Under the pieces are notes generated by a model. It saw only the letters and a list, made by a program, of their open reading frames with translations. It was not told where the DNA came from and ran no database searches. The translations under genes and the position numbers were made by a program. A stretch of DNA of 64,000 bases, taken from assembly GCA_014905635.1 (NCBI GenBank), contig JABVCE010000012.1, positions 186,001 to 250,000 on the forward strand. Reading direction: 5' to 3'. Position 1 is the stretch's first letter; each line of letters starts with the position of its first letter. Origin of the DNA: Scenedesmus sp. PABB004. Lineage: Eukaryota. Shown here piece by piece: positions 23,218-32,808 of this stretch.

Positions 23218-23467
23218 GGCGGCGCGCGCGGCGGCAGCAGCAACAGCCGCCCGCCCGCCGCCGCGCGCAGCAGCCCCGCGAGGGCGCGCCCGCTCGACGG
23301 CAGGCCGGGGGAGCCTGCAGAAGTGCGCCGCTTCAGAGACCGGGCTGGATCGGCTCGCGACGTGCGCCGGGGCAGCGGCGGTTGCGGGACCCGGCGGCTG
23401 GTGCTGCTCTGCCTGCCTGCTGCTCGCTGGGCACAGGCATAGGGCCGCGGTCGTTGGGGAGCGGCAG

Positions 23468-24089
23468 TCCCGGCAGCGGCGGCAGGTGGCGGCAGACGGC
23501 GGCGCAGGGCCCGGGGCGCAGGCGCCGCCCGGCCGGCTGCCCGCGCCGCCGCCGAGGAGGCCCCCCGCGCGCCGCCCCGCCGCCCACAGCCGCCGCCCCC
23601 AGCGCCTCCCTGCTGCACGCACACACGAGCGCCGGCCGCGCCCACACAGCCCCCCCCCCCCCCCCCCCCCCACGCACACGCGCCGCTGCGCAGCGTTTGA
23701 ATTGCGGTGCCCGCCCCCGCCTGCGGCGCGCCCCTGGCCAGGCGGGGCGACTCGCGTCGGGCGCCTGACGGCCGAGCCGACCCGTCCAGCGCAGCGCCAG
23801 GCGAGCCACGTGCGCGGGCGGGCGGGGAGCAGGCAGCAGCGGGCGGGCGGACCGCGCTGCGGGCGGCGGGGGCTGCGGCGGTGCGCGGCGGGCGGGCGTG
23901 TGGCGTGGGCCGCCGGGCCTGCGCGCCCTGGGCGCCGCTGGCGGGCCCGCTGCCTCGCCGCCGCGCCGGGGCGGGGGCGGGTGCCGCGCGCTGCTGCTGC
24001 TGCTGCGCTCACGCCGCCCCCGCGCTCACGCCCGCTGCCGGCGCCCTGCCTGCTGCTCCCTGCTGGCCTGCAGGCCCCCAGCACCCGCC
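23468..24089 (+). repeat. Conserved upstream region of cassette copy 5, with probable 5'UTR intron 23801-24073
   Basis: ccag|gcgagc donor, gctcac branch-like motif and ctgcag| acceptor 16 nt before the ATG; the same elements are seen in the other copies. Confidence 0.75.
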
Positions 24090-25229
24090 ATGTCTGCTGC
24101 GCCGGCGGGCAAGCGGCGCGCCGGGCCGACCACGCGCGCGTGGGCGGCTGCACTGGCGGCAGCGGGCGAAGCGCCCGGCGGCCAGGATGAGGTGGCGAGG
24201 TGGGCCCGCTGCCGCTGCTGCCCCTTCCCCCTGGCTGCTGCCGCTGGCCAGGCGGGCGCTGAGCACTGGGCCTCAGCCAGCTGCAGCAGGCGCTGCGCGC
24301 CGCCTCACCGCCGCCCCTCACGCCCCGGCCGCCCTGCCCACGCCGCCGCCCGCAGCCCGCTGCCGGAGCTGCCCGAGGCCCTCGTGCTCCACGTCCTGAG
24401 CTTCCTGCCGCCGTCCCTGCAGGCGTGGACCGCCAGGCAGGTCTGCAAGGCGGCGCACGAGCGCTTCCGCGGCGCCAGGCGCGTCTCGCTGCGTTGCCCC
24501 GAGCTGTCGCTGGCGGCGGTGCAGGAGGCCTGGCGGGCGGTGGGGGGCCACGAGCGGCAGCAGAGTCGGCTGGCCAACGTGCGCGCGGCGTGCGGTGACG
24601 TGGCGGGCCTGGCCTGGCTGCGCGGCGCCGGCTGCGACATGGACAGCGTGTTTCAGCATGACAGCGTGTGCAGGACAGCAATGCGCGCTGGCCAGCTAGC
24701 CGTGCTGGAGTGGGCGCGCGGCGAGGGGCTGGACCTGCGGGACGTTGTCGCGGAAGCAGCGCGCCACGGCCAGCTCGCCGTGCTGGAGTGGGCGCGCGAC
24801 CAAGGGCTGGACCTGGGGTGGGCATGTGTTGGAGCAGCCCTGCGCGGGCAGCTGGCGGTGCTGCGCTGGGCGCGCGCGCAGGCGCCGCCGTTGCCGTGGG
24901 GCGACACGTGCCTCTGCGCTGTGGAGCGCGGCGACCTGGAGATGCTGCGCTGGGCGTGTGCCCAGGCCGAGCCCGCGCCGTGGAACTGGCTGTCGTGCTT
25001 CGCGGCGGCTGAGTACGGGCACCTGGAGGCGCTGCGCTGGCTGCGCGCCGACGGTTGCGAGTGGTGGCGCGGCAAGTGCGAGCGCGCGGCGGCACGTTCC
25101 GGCCACGCAGCCGTGGTCGCGTGGATCTGGGCGCAGCCCGTGTCCGCGGACGACGGCCCGGACTGGGACTCTGACGATGAGGAGCACGAGGTGTGGCACG
25201 AGGGCTTTCAGGAGGGGGCTGAGGAGTGA
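24090..25229 (+). CDS. F-box/ankyrin-like cassette gene, copy 5 (intact; probable intron 24200-24355)
   Basis: Continuous frame with F-box-like segment, two LEWAR repeats, LRWAR, GDLEMLRW and GHLEALRWLRADGC, and an acidic tail. Confidence 0.85.
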   Translation: MSAAPAGKRRAGPTTRAWAAALAAAGEAPGGQDEVARWARCRCCPFPLAAAAGQAGAEHWASASCSRRCAPPHRRPSRPGRPAHAAARSPLPELPEALVLHVLSFLPPSLQAWTARQVCKAAHERFRGARRVSLRCPELSLAAVQEAWRAVGGHERQQSRLANVRAACGDVAGLAWLRGAGCDMDSVFQHDSVCRTAMRAGQLAVLEWARGEGLDLRDVVAEAARHGQLAVLEWARDQGLDLGWACVGAALRGQLAVLRWARAQAPPLPWGDTCLCAVERGDLEMLRWACAQAEPAPWNWLSCFAAAEYGHLEALRWLRADGCEWWRGKCERAAARSGHAAVVAWIWAQPVSADDGPDWDSDDEEHEVWHEGFQEGAEE

Positions 25230-25345
25230 GAGTGGCACGAGGACTTTCAGGAGGGGGCTGAGGAGTGAGAGTGGCACGAGGGCCTTCAGGGGGGGGCTGA
25301 GGAATAAGAGTGGAACGAGGACTTTCACGGGGGCGAGGAGTACTA
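25193..25345 (+). repeat. 39-bp tandem repeat x~4 spanning the stop codon of copy 5
   Basis: gtggcacgagg(a/g)ctttcaggagggggctgaggagtgaga at 25193, 25232, 25271 and 25310. Confidence 0.9.
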
Positions 25346-25374
25346 GGAGGTGGAATGAGGGCTTTTTTTAGCGA

Positions 25375-25725
25375 GTTGACGCCGATTGACTGCGGTCGGC
25401 TGCGTGCTGTGCCCAGGCTGTCAACTGGCCGCGCACGACCGGCGGCTGGACGTGCCACGGTGGCGGGTGAGGGCTGTTGAGTGCACGCACGCAGCGAGGA
25501 GAGTTGGCGGCGGCGAGCGCGAGCGGCAGTGCGTGCTGGCAACCGGCCGACTGGCGCGCGGGGGACGACGGCGGCGGCCTCTGTGCCGCGCCGCGCACGC
25601 TCGGCAGCGGTGGCGCGAGGGCGGCGGCGCAGGGCCCGGGCGCAGGCGCCGCCCGGCCGCCTGCCCGCGCCGCCGCCGAGGAGGGCCCGCGCGCGCGCCG
25701 GCCCACCGCCCACAGCCGCCGGCCT
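25375..25725 (+). repeat. Spacer plus truncated extra cassette head
   Basis: Reverse-complement match to ~4775-5145, ending after cgcccacagccgcc. Confidence 0.8.
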
Positions 25726-25823
25726 CGCACTCTCGCCGGCCCCGGCCGCGGGCCAGAGCGCGCCAAAGCGCCGCTGCTGCCGGGCGCGGCGCGCCCACTC
25801 CTGCAGCGCGAGCGACAGGGCGG

Positions 25824-27640
25824 ATGTGTCTGCGCCACCCCGGCCATCGCGCGCCAGCAACGCGGCCGTCGCGGCGCAGCAGCAGCGGGCGCCGCATCGT
25901 GTGCGCGGGGGCATCGCCGGGCTGGTGCCCGCCGCCGCAGCGCCAGCGCGCCGCTGCCGGCGCTGCTGCTGCTGCTCCGCCGCCCGCCCACCAGCCGCGC
26001 CGCCCCTGCCTCGCAGCTGGCCCCGCGCGCGGTGGCCGACGCAGCTGCGTCGGCGTCGTCTTCCGCCCAGCAGCAGCAGCAGCAGCAGCAGCAGCCGGCC
26101 GGCGGCGGCGGCGCGCTCGACATGAGCGCGTCGCTGAGCGACACGCTCATGTCAGCCTGGCCAAAATCGGGTCGAGCCTCATCCGCCAGGAGGACAGCAT
26201 CATATTCACCCTCATCGAGCGCGCCCAGTTTGCGCGCAACGCCGCTGTGTACGAGCCCGGCGGCGTGCAGGTCCCGGGTGCGCCGCGCCACAGGGATTCG
26301 TGATACGCGCGTATCGACCCCTTGTATCCAGAAATACGCGTACTGATACGGATACGCGTACGGATACGCCAAATACGCCGCCTGATACGTCAGCCCGCCA
26401 GGGGCTTTGCATGCTGCTGCGCCGCGGCTGGTCTGGTAAATTCCACCGATAATTTTGCTGCCCGCGCCGCTCCACGGATAGAAAGACGTTCGCAGAGTGC
26501 ACTGCGCGCCGCTGCGCGGCCGTTCGCCGGCTGAAATGTCCGCCCCGGGCCCGGAAGCTGCGGCGGATTGGAGCGCCTCCAACGTCGTCGCCGACCACTT
26601 CGAGGTCTGTACGGCGCCTCCAAGGCCTGGTTCGAGCTCCCACAACAAGAGCTACACGTGCAAGTGGTGTTCAACCACCTTCTCAGGCTCCGTCACCCGG
26701 GCGCTCGCCCATCTGGCGGGCATTGTGGGCATAGGCGTCGCGGCGTGCGCGGCGATCTCTGAGGGCGTCAGGAACAAGTTCAAGGCTGAGTGGGCGAGCA
26801 AGCAAGCAGCCACGAAGAAGCGCTGTGCACCGCTCGGCGGCTGGGCGGCTGGGCTGGGCGGCTGGGCTGGGCGGCGGGCTGTAACAGTGAGACGTATCAG
26901 GGCCGTATCGCAGCCGCATCGGACCGGCGGCGGCGTATTTTTCACGTATCGCGTATCGCGTATCGCGTATCACGTATCACGTATCCAAATCCCTGCCGCG
27001 CCACGCCGCGCGGGCGCCGCGCGCCGCATCGCGAGCGACCCGGCGGCGCGCCGCGAGCGCCGCCGCGGGTGCCGCAGCGTACGGGTGCGACGGCACGCGG
27101 CTGAGCCTGCTCGAGTATCTGCTGCGCGAGACGGAGGCGCTGCACGGCAAGGTGCGGCGCTACACGAGCCCCGACGAGCACGCCTTCTTCCCGGGTGCGG
27201 CGGCCGCGGCGCCTGCGGCTCGCGGGGATTTGGGGTTTTGTCGGGGCGACGGGGCACGCGGCGCGGGCGGGCTGCTGAGGCGGGCGGCGGCTGCGGCGCG
27301 GCGGCTCGGGCGAGCGGCTGCGGCGCGGCGCGGGCGGCGCTCACAGCGCGCGCCGCTGACTCGCCGCAGACGACCTGCCGCCGCTCGTGCTGCCGCCGCT
27401 GGAGTACCCGGGCGTGCTGGCGCCCGCTGCGGGGGGCATCAACATCAACGCCACCATACTCGCCACCTACGTCGACGCCATCCTGCCGGGTGGGTGGTGG
27501 GCGTGGGGAGGAGGCTTGGGGGTCGCGGCGAGGCTCGGGGGCCGCGGCGTCAGGGCGCTGCGGCGGCGGCAGGGCGGCGGGCGCTGCGGCGGCGGCGCCG
27601 CGCGCCCACGGGCGGCGCGCGCGGTCGGTGTGCGCAGAGG
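25824..27640 (+). pseudogene. Chorismate mutase pseudogene (exons 1-4 only)
   Basis: Compared with the intact copy: ~80-bp deletion removing the exon 1 donor, 17-nt frameshifting insertion at 26136, hAT insertion in intron 2, and exons 5-7 missing. Confidence 0.9.
26291..26995 (+). mobile_element. Non-autonomous hAT DNA transposon (705 bp) with BED zinc-finger fragment
   Basis: TIR CAGGGATT...AATCCCTG. 8-bp TSD CCGCGCCA (26283-26290, 26996-27003). Subterminal GATACG/CGTATC arrays. Peptide DHFE..YTCKWCSTTFSGSVTRALAHLAG..G.AAC. Absent from the paralogous intron at ~35960-36083. Confidence 0.93.
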
Positions 27641-28012
27641 GGACTCTTGTGTGGACCCACGAGCTCCTTTCGCGCGCACGGACTCGTTGGGCCCGCGCGC
27701 CGCTGCCGCGGCGGGGTCGTACGACGCCCACAGCATGAGCCACCTGGTTGCGTTGGCAGGGCGGCGCGCGCGGGGGCGAGCTCGGCGAACGCGCGGGCGC
27801 GCGCTGCTTGCCTCGCCCGCAGCCCGGAGGTACGAATACATTGAGGGGACCCTTGTTAATTTTTGGAAGTTTTTGTAAGAAACTTCCCCATTTGCAGGAG
27901 GACGAGTACGGCCCAGCCCGCCTTGCGCTGGTGCTCCGCAACCACCCAGGCGCCGCGCGTATGACGCTTCCGCCGTCTGACTCTCCACTGCTCTGACTCT
28001 CCACTGCTCGCC

Positions 28013-30718
28013 ATGGCGCACGCCTGGAGGCACGGCGCCGCCGCTGCGACGCGCGCCGCGTGCCTGCTCGCGCTCGCCGCCCACGCCGCGGCGTGCACCC
28101 AGATTGTCCTGGGCGGCCAGGTGCGCGCGCGCGGGCGCCGGCGCGCTCAGTCACTCGTGCTGCTGCTGCTCGGAATGCTCGGAAGCAGCGCCCGCCAGCG
28201 CCCGCCCGCCGGCTGGGTCGCACGACCGCACGCCCGCCCTTTCCCCGCCGCCTCCCCCGCCCGCGCCCGCGGCCGCAGGGCATGGCCTACCCCACCCAGG
28301 CGATGAGCGCGCGCACCCTGGACTTCCGCGCGCTCCCCGGGCTCACGTTCAGCCTGGTGGCCGTCCCCCCGGGCTTCACGCTGACGCAGGTGCGGCGCGG
28401 CGGCCGCGCGGGCTGCGCACGCCCGCATGTCGGCGCCGGCCGCGGCGGCGCGGCGGCGCGGCGGCACAGCGCGCGCGCGCCCCGCTCTCGCCGCAAGCCC
28501 CGTCTTCCGCCTAAAAAGAACAAGAACAAGAAATTTGCACCCGCCTGCGCCCTCCAGGTGCCCGCGACCAGCGAGGAGGTGCCGTTCCCCGTTGCGACCA
28601 AGTTCGGCATCGTGTGCCAGGCCCCCAACGTTGAGACCGTGCGCGACGCGCTCGTCAATCTGGGTGCGGCGCCGCGGCGGGCGCCGCGGCTGGCGTGTGG
28701 AGGCGGGCGAGGACACGCGCACGCGCCGCGGCCTGACAGCCTGGCAGCAGACACGCAATTTGTGCTGGCCGCGACGTGCGCGAGCGACCCCCCCCCCCCC
28801 CCCCCCCCCGCCCCCGCCGCCCTTCCCCCGCAGTCCGCAACAAGAGCGTTGCGCGGCGCTACGCCGGGCTCTGCTTCGATGGCCTCAACGCCGCGGGGCT
28901 GAGCGGCGCGTACCTGTGGGACAATGCCAACCAGGGCTACACCGGCGTCACGCCGCCGCCGCTGAGCGCGAGTAAGCGCGGCGCGCAGCGCAGCACGTGC
29001 GCGCACGCCGCGCGCGCCCGCTTCCGCCCTGCACGCGGCGCGCCCGCCCCCCCCCCCCCCCCCCCCCGCCGGCGCGCGCCGACCCCGCACCCCACCCCAC
29101 GCCATCCTGACCCCGCCCGCGCACGCGCGCAGCCCCTGACCCGCCGGGCGGCGGCAAGGAGTCGGTGTCCTACTTTGACTACCCGCTGCGCGTCCTCGCC
29201 GAGTGCGACACGATCGCGTGCGCGCGCGCGCTCACGGCGCGGCTCATCGTCGTCGACCGCCCGCTGCTGCGCGAGTTCGTGAAGGCGCAGTTCAAGCTCG
29301 ACTTCATCCCCATGCACGCGACCTTTTGTGACAAGTCTGCCGCGTGCATCGGCGTGGAGTGGGGGCCGGGCGGCGTCGCGGTCGTGCGCGACCTGACGCA
29401 GGGCGTGCTCACAAACGTGCGCCCTGCCTCCCTTTGCTTGTGCTTCCCGCACGCGAGCGCGCGCGCCCGACCCCACGCCCCCCCCCCTTCCCCCCCGCAG
29501 TCGCCCCAGCTGCCGGCGCAGGAGGCATTCCTGGCGCAGTACGACGCAAACTCGCAGGCGGCGCTCGGCCCCAAGACCGACCAGCTGAACTGGCCGGGCG
29601 GCCTGGCCACGACCAACCGCGCGCTGGCAAACAACAGCGACATTGACTCGATCACGCGGTGCGGCGCGCGGCGGCGCGCTCGCGTGCCCGCGCGCGGCGC
29701 GCGCGCCCTCACCCGGCCGCCCAACCCCCCCCCCCCCCCCCGCGCGCGCGCGCGCGCGCGCCGCCAGCTTCATCCGCGCCGTGCGCCTGCGCCGCCTGTT
29801 CGGTCCCGTGGCTTACGTGGACAAACCCAGCCCCTACACGCCGGCCTCCTACAACGACACGTGGGCCGCCTTTGCCCAGGCCAACTCAATCATCGACGCG
29901 TGCAAGATCACGGGCGCGTTCCCCGCCGGGTGCGCGCGCGGGCGCGGCGCGCCGCCGCACGCGCTGTGGCCGCGCGCAAGCAGCGCGGGCGTGGGGCGCA
30001 GCCGATGCGCGCGCGCGCGCGCGCAAGCGCAGGCTGCCCGCCCCGCATTCCCCGCGCCTCCTGCGCCCGCGCCCAAGCCATCCGCCCATGCGCGCCCGCC
30101 CATGCGCGCGCGCGCCCTCCCCTCTCCCAGGTTCCCCGAAAAGTGGGAGGGCGAGTTCACCATGAGTGAGCGGGCCGCGCGGCGCGCGGCGCGTGGCGCC
30201 TGCCGCCTGGCGCCTGCTGCCTGGCGCACGGGTTGCCGCACCGCGCGCCGCGCCGCTGCGGCGCGCCCCCGGCTGCGCCCCGGCGAGCGCCGCCCCACGT
30301 GCGCGCCCGCCCCCGCCCCGCAGGCACGTCGACGCGCGACCACGTCAACGGCGACTACTACCTGCGCGTCGGGGTCAACATGAACAGCCACAGGCGCGGC
30401 GTGGGCGCGGGCGCGGGCGCGGCGCGCGCCCTCGCCCTTCGCGTGCCAGCAGCGGGCCAGGGCCCCGCCCGCCGCCGCCGGCGGCAGCGGGCGCGGCGGC
30501 GCGCGCGCGCGGCTTGGGCGCCGCCCAGCTGCCCCCTCCCCTGCATCTCCTGCCCCCGCGCGCACGCGTGCTCACCATGTGTCAACACCCTCCTGCCCCC
30601 CCCCTCTCCCTGCCACAGGTTCAACGTCCGCAAGGTCGCGCGCGGCGGCATCATCCGCGTGCGTTCGGTGGCGGACGTGCTGAAGGCCGAGAACTATGCG
30701 ATTGAGAGCAGGTTCTGA
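28013..30718 (+). CDS. Secreted Ntn-hydrolase, choloylglycine hydrolase / penicillin V acylase family (multi-exon)
   Basis: Signal peptide ending AHAAA followed by catalytic C-T (TGC 28094). Motifs ARTLDF, FDGLNAAGLS, H..f.D.s...igvEw, VLTN/SP, WPG...SITR/FIRA, RDHVNGDYY. Confidence 0.82.
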
Positions 30719-30933
30719 TGATCTGACGACCTGATGGGTGGCAACACAACATGCATGCCATGCAGACACGTGCCATCACGCATTGTTGCAGGTCAGCACT
30801 CTGGCTGATTTTTGCCCTGCTGCCTTGCACCTGGCTGATGCCTGCTACAGCCGCGCAGCCGCGCTGCCACGACGGGCGCACCCGCCTGGCATCAGCCCGC
30901 GCGCACTGCTGCGCGCGCGCTGCGTCGCGTGAG

Positions 30934-31071
30934 CTGTTGGAGCGCGACGTAGCGCGCTGTAGCGCTGTAGCGCGCTGTAGCGTGCTGTAGCCCGTGGCGC
31001 TACAGCCCGTGCGCGCGCCCTACAAGTAGGCGCCCCATCACTTGGCGCTTGTAACAGAGCTACGCCAACAG
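30934..31071. repeat. Cluster of TGTAGC/GCTACA motifs bounded by ctgttgg...ccaacag; possible decayed MITE
   Basis: Five tandem (t)gtagc motifs followed by inverted ctac(a) copies; no TSD found. Confidence 0.4.
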
Positions 31072-31410
31072 ACACAGCCCTCGCAACCGAGCAGCAGGCA
31101 GCGCAATACGCATGGTGTGGTGCGGCGTTCGATGTCTATCTGCCTCACTGCATGCCTCAGGCTACTTTCCCCTGTCGGAAGAGGCCGCGCCTACAGCATG
31201 TTCACAGCACATCACCCCCTCCCCCCTCAAGACAAGAAAGTTACACCATAGACTCGCGTCTCCCTTGCCGACACGCCCCCGTTCCCCCTTGCCGACACGC
31301 CCCGATCACTACTTCTGCCCCCTACATACATCTCGGCCACATCTGAGCTTTGGTTGCATTGTTGCGTTGTCGCGTTGTTGCGTAACCGGCCTACACCCCC
31401 AGGGTAACGC

Positions 31411-32003
31411 CAGGCTTGCCCCCGCCGCCGCCGCCGAGGCCGCGCGCGCGGCGCCGCCGCCCTGCAGCGCCCCACGCGCCCTGGCCCGGCGTCCCGTCGG
31501 CGCCTCGCCAGCTCCCGCGCGGCGACTGGCGCACGCAGCGGCAGTGGCGCCGCGCCGCTGCCGATCGCGCACTTGCTGCACCAGCACCAGCTGCTGATGG
31601 AGTCGGGCTTCACCCATCAGCAGGCGGCCCTCATCCTTGAGTTCAGCGCGCGAAGCGCTTTCGCCGCCGGCGAGCGCGGGTGCCCAGCGCGCGCGCCCCG
31701 CGTGTGCATGCGGCCGCGCGCGCGCGGCACATCGACGCCCGCGCCGCTGCGCCGGCAGGCCCGCCTGAACTGCAGGCGCCGGCCAGCGCGGCGGCGCCGG
31801 CAGCCGCGCCGCCGCCGAGCAACGCGCCGCCCAGCGCAGCAGCTGGCGGCGGCGAGCCCGCGGCGGCGGCCGCGCTGCGCGTGCTGGAGGAGCTGGAGGC
31901 GGGGCTGGTGCCGTACGAGCCCTCCGGCTGGGCGATTGCGGGCGTGATCTTCACCGTGTATGCAGGTCTGGCCCTGCTCGGCCTCGGCCTCGTCGCGGCG
32001 TGA
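31411..32003 (+). CDS. Small membrane protein or 5'-truncated gene fragment (one intron)
   Basis: Frame QACPRRR...PLPIAHLLHQHQLLMESGFTHQQAALILEF / ...WAIAGVIFTVYAGLALLGLGLVAA*. In-frame TAA at 31405; no ATG before 31597. Confidence 0.45.
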
Positions 32004-32320
32004 GCGCGCCGCGCCAGGCGCCAGGCTGAGCGGGCCGCCCCCGCCGCGCAGGCGTGGTGCTCACCGGCCTCGCCGTGCTGGCCAGCGGCGACGCCGGCGG
32101 CGCAGCGGACATGCTCACTCTGTGGTGGTGACGGCGCGGCCAGCGGGGGCGCGCGCGGCACGCGCGAGCGTCGCGCAGTCGTCACGAGCGCACGGTTTTC
32201 CAGCGACGCGCGTGTGGGGGGTTGGCGTGTGTTGGTGAACAGGCTCACTGCCGTGTACAGTAGGCGTGCCAGGGCGATGCAAGAGCCGACGCCGGCGCGC
32301 AGCGGCCGCCGCACAGCGCC

Positions 32321-32476
32321 GCTGCTGCGTCGCCGCTGGCGCCGCCGCTGCTGCGTCGCTGCTGGCGCCGCCGCTGCTGCGTCGCTGCTGGCGCCGCCGC
32401 TGCTGCGTCGCTGCTGGCGCCGCCGCTGCTGCGTCGCTGCTGGCGCCGCCGCTGCTGCGTCGCTGCTGGCGCCGCC
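32321..32476. repeat. 26-bp minisatellite x6
   Basis: gctgctgcgtcgctgctggcgccgcc at 32321, 32347, 32373, 32399, 32425 and 32451. Confidence 0.95.
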
Positions 32477-32808
32477 GCTGGCGCCGCACGCGCGCACGCC
32501 CAACGGCGCGATGATGGGCAGCAGCGGCGCCCGGCGCTGCTGCTGTCTTCCTCCACACCAGCATCCCGCTGCTGCAGCGCCGCCTGGGGCCAGTGCGGCA
32601 GCGCCTGGAGCAGCTGGGCGCGCGCGTCTTGCACGGCGGTGACGACCAGGTTGCCGGACGACCAGGTTGCCGTGGTGCGGCTGGGCGCGGCGCGCCCAGC
32701 CGCGGCGCCGCGCGCCCCACGCCGCGGCGCCGGGGTCCCGCCCGCCGCGCGGCACCGCTGCCGCCGCCGCCGCCGCTGCCCTCTCTCGCCCCCGGTGGCG
32801 CCGCCCAC

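Larger units (their letters stand above)
22610..27640 (+). repeat. Segmental duplication, left copy (kelch 5' end - cassette - chorismate mutase 5' part)
   Basis: Colinear with ~32700-36617. Homology starts in kelch intron 2 and ends at the chorismate mutase intron 4 acceptor (gcag-ag). Confidence 0.9.

Noticed and set aside
23468..25725. LTR retrotransposon/TRIM (direct repeats around copy 5)
   Set aside because: No TG...CA ends, primer-binding site or TSD seen; introns are retained; most copies lack the downstream repeat.
27640..27735. Helitron 3' terminus at the duplication breakpoint (palindrome gtcgtacgac and imperfect inverted repeats)
   Set aside because: No CTRR end at the expected distance and no matching TC start identified.
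32321..32476. CRISPR array
   Set aside because: The repeats are contiguous with no unique spacers, there are no cas genes, and the context is eukaryotic.
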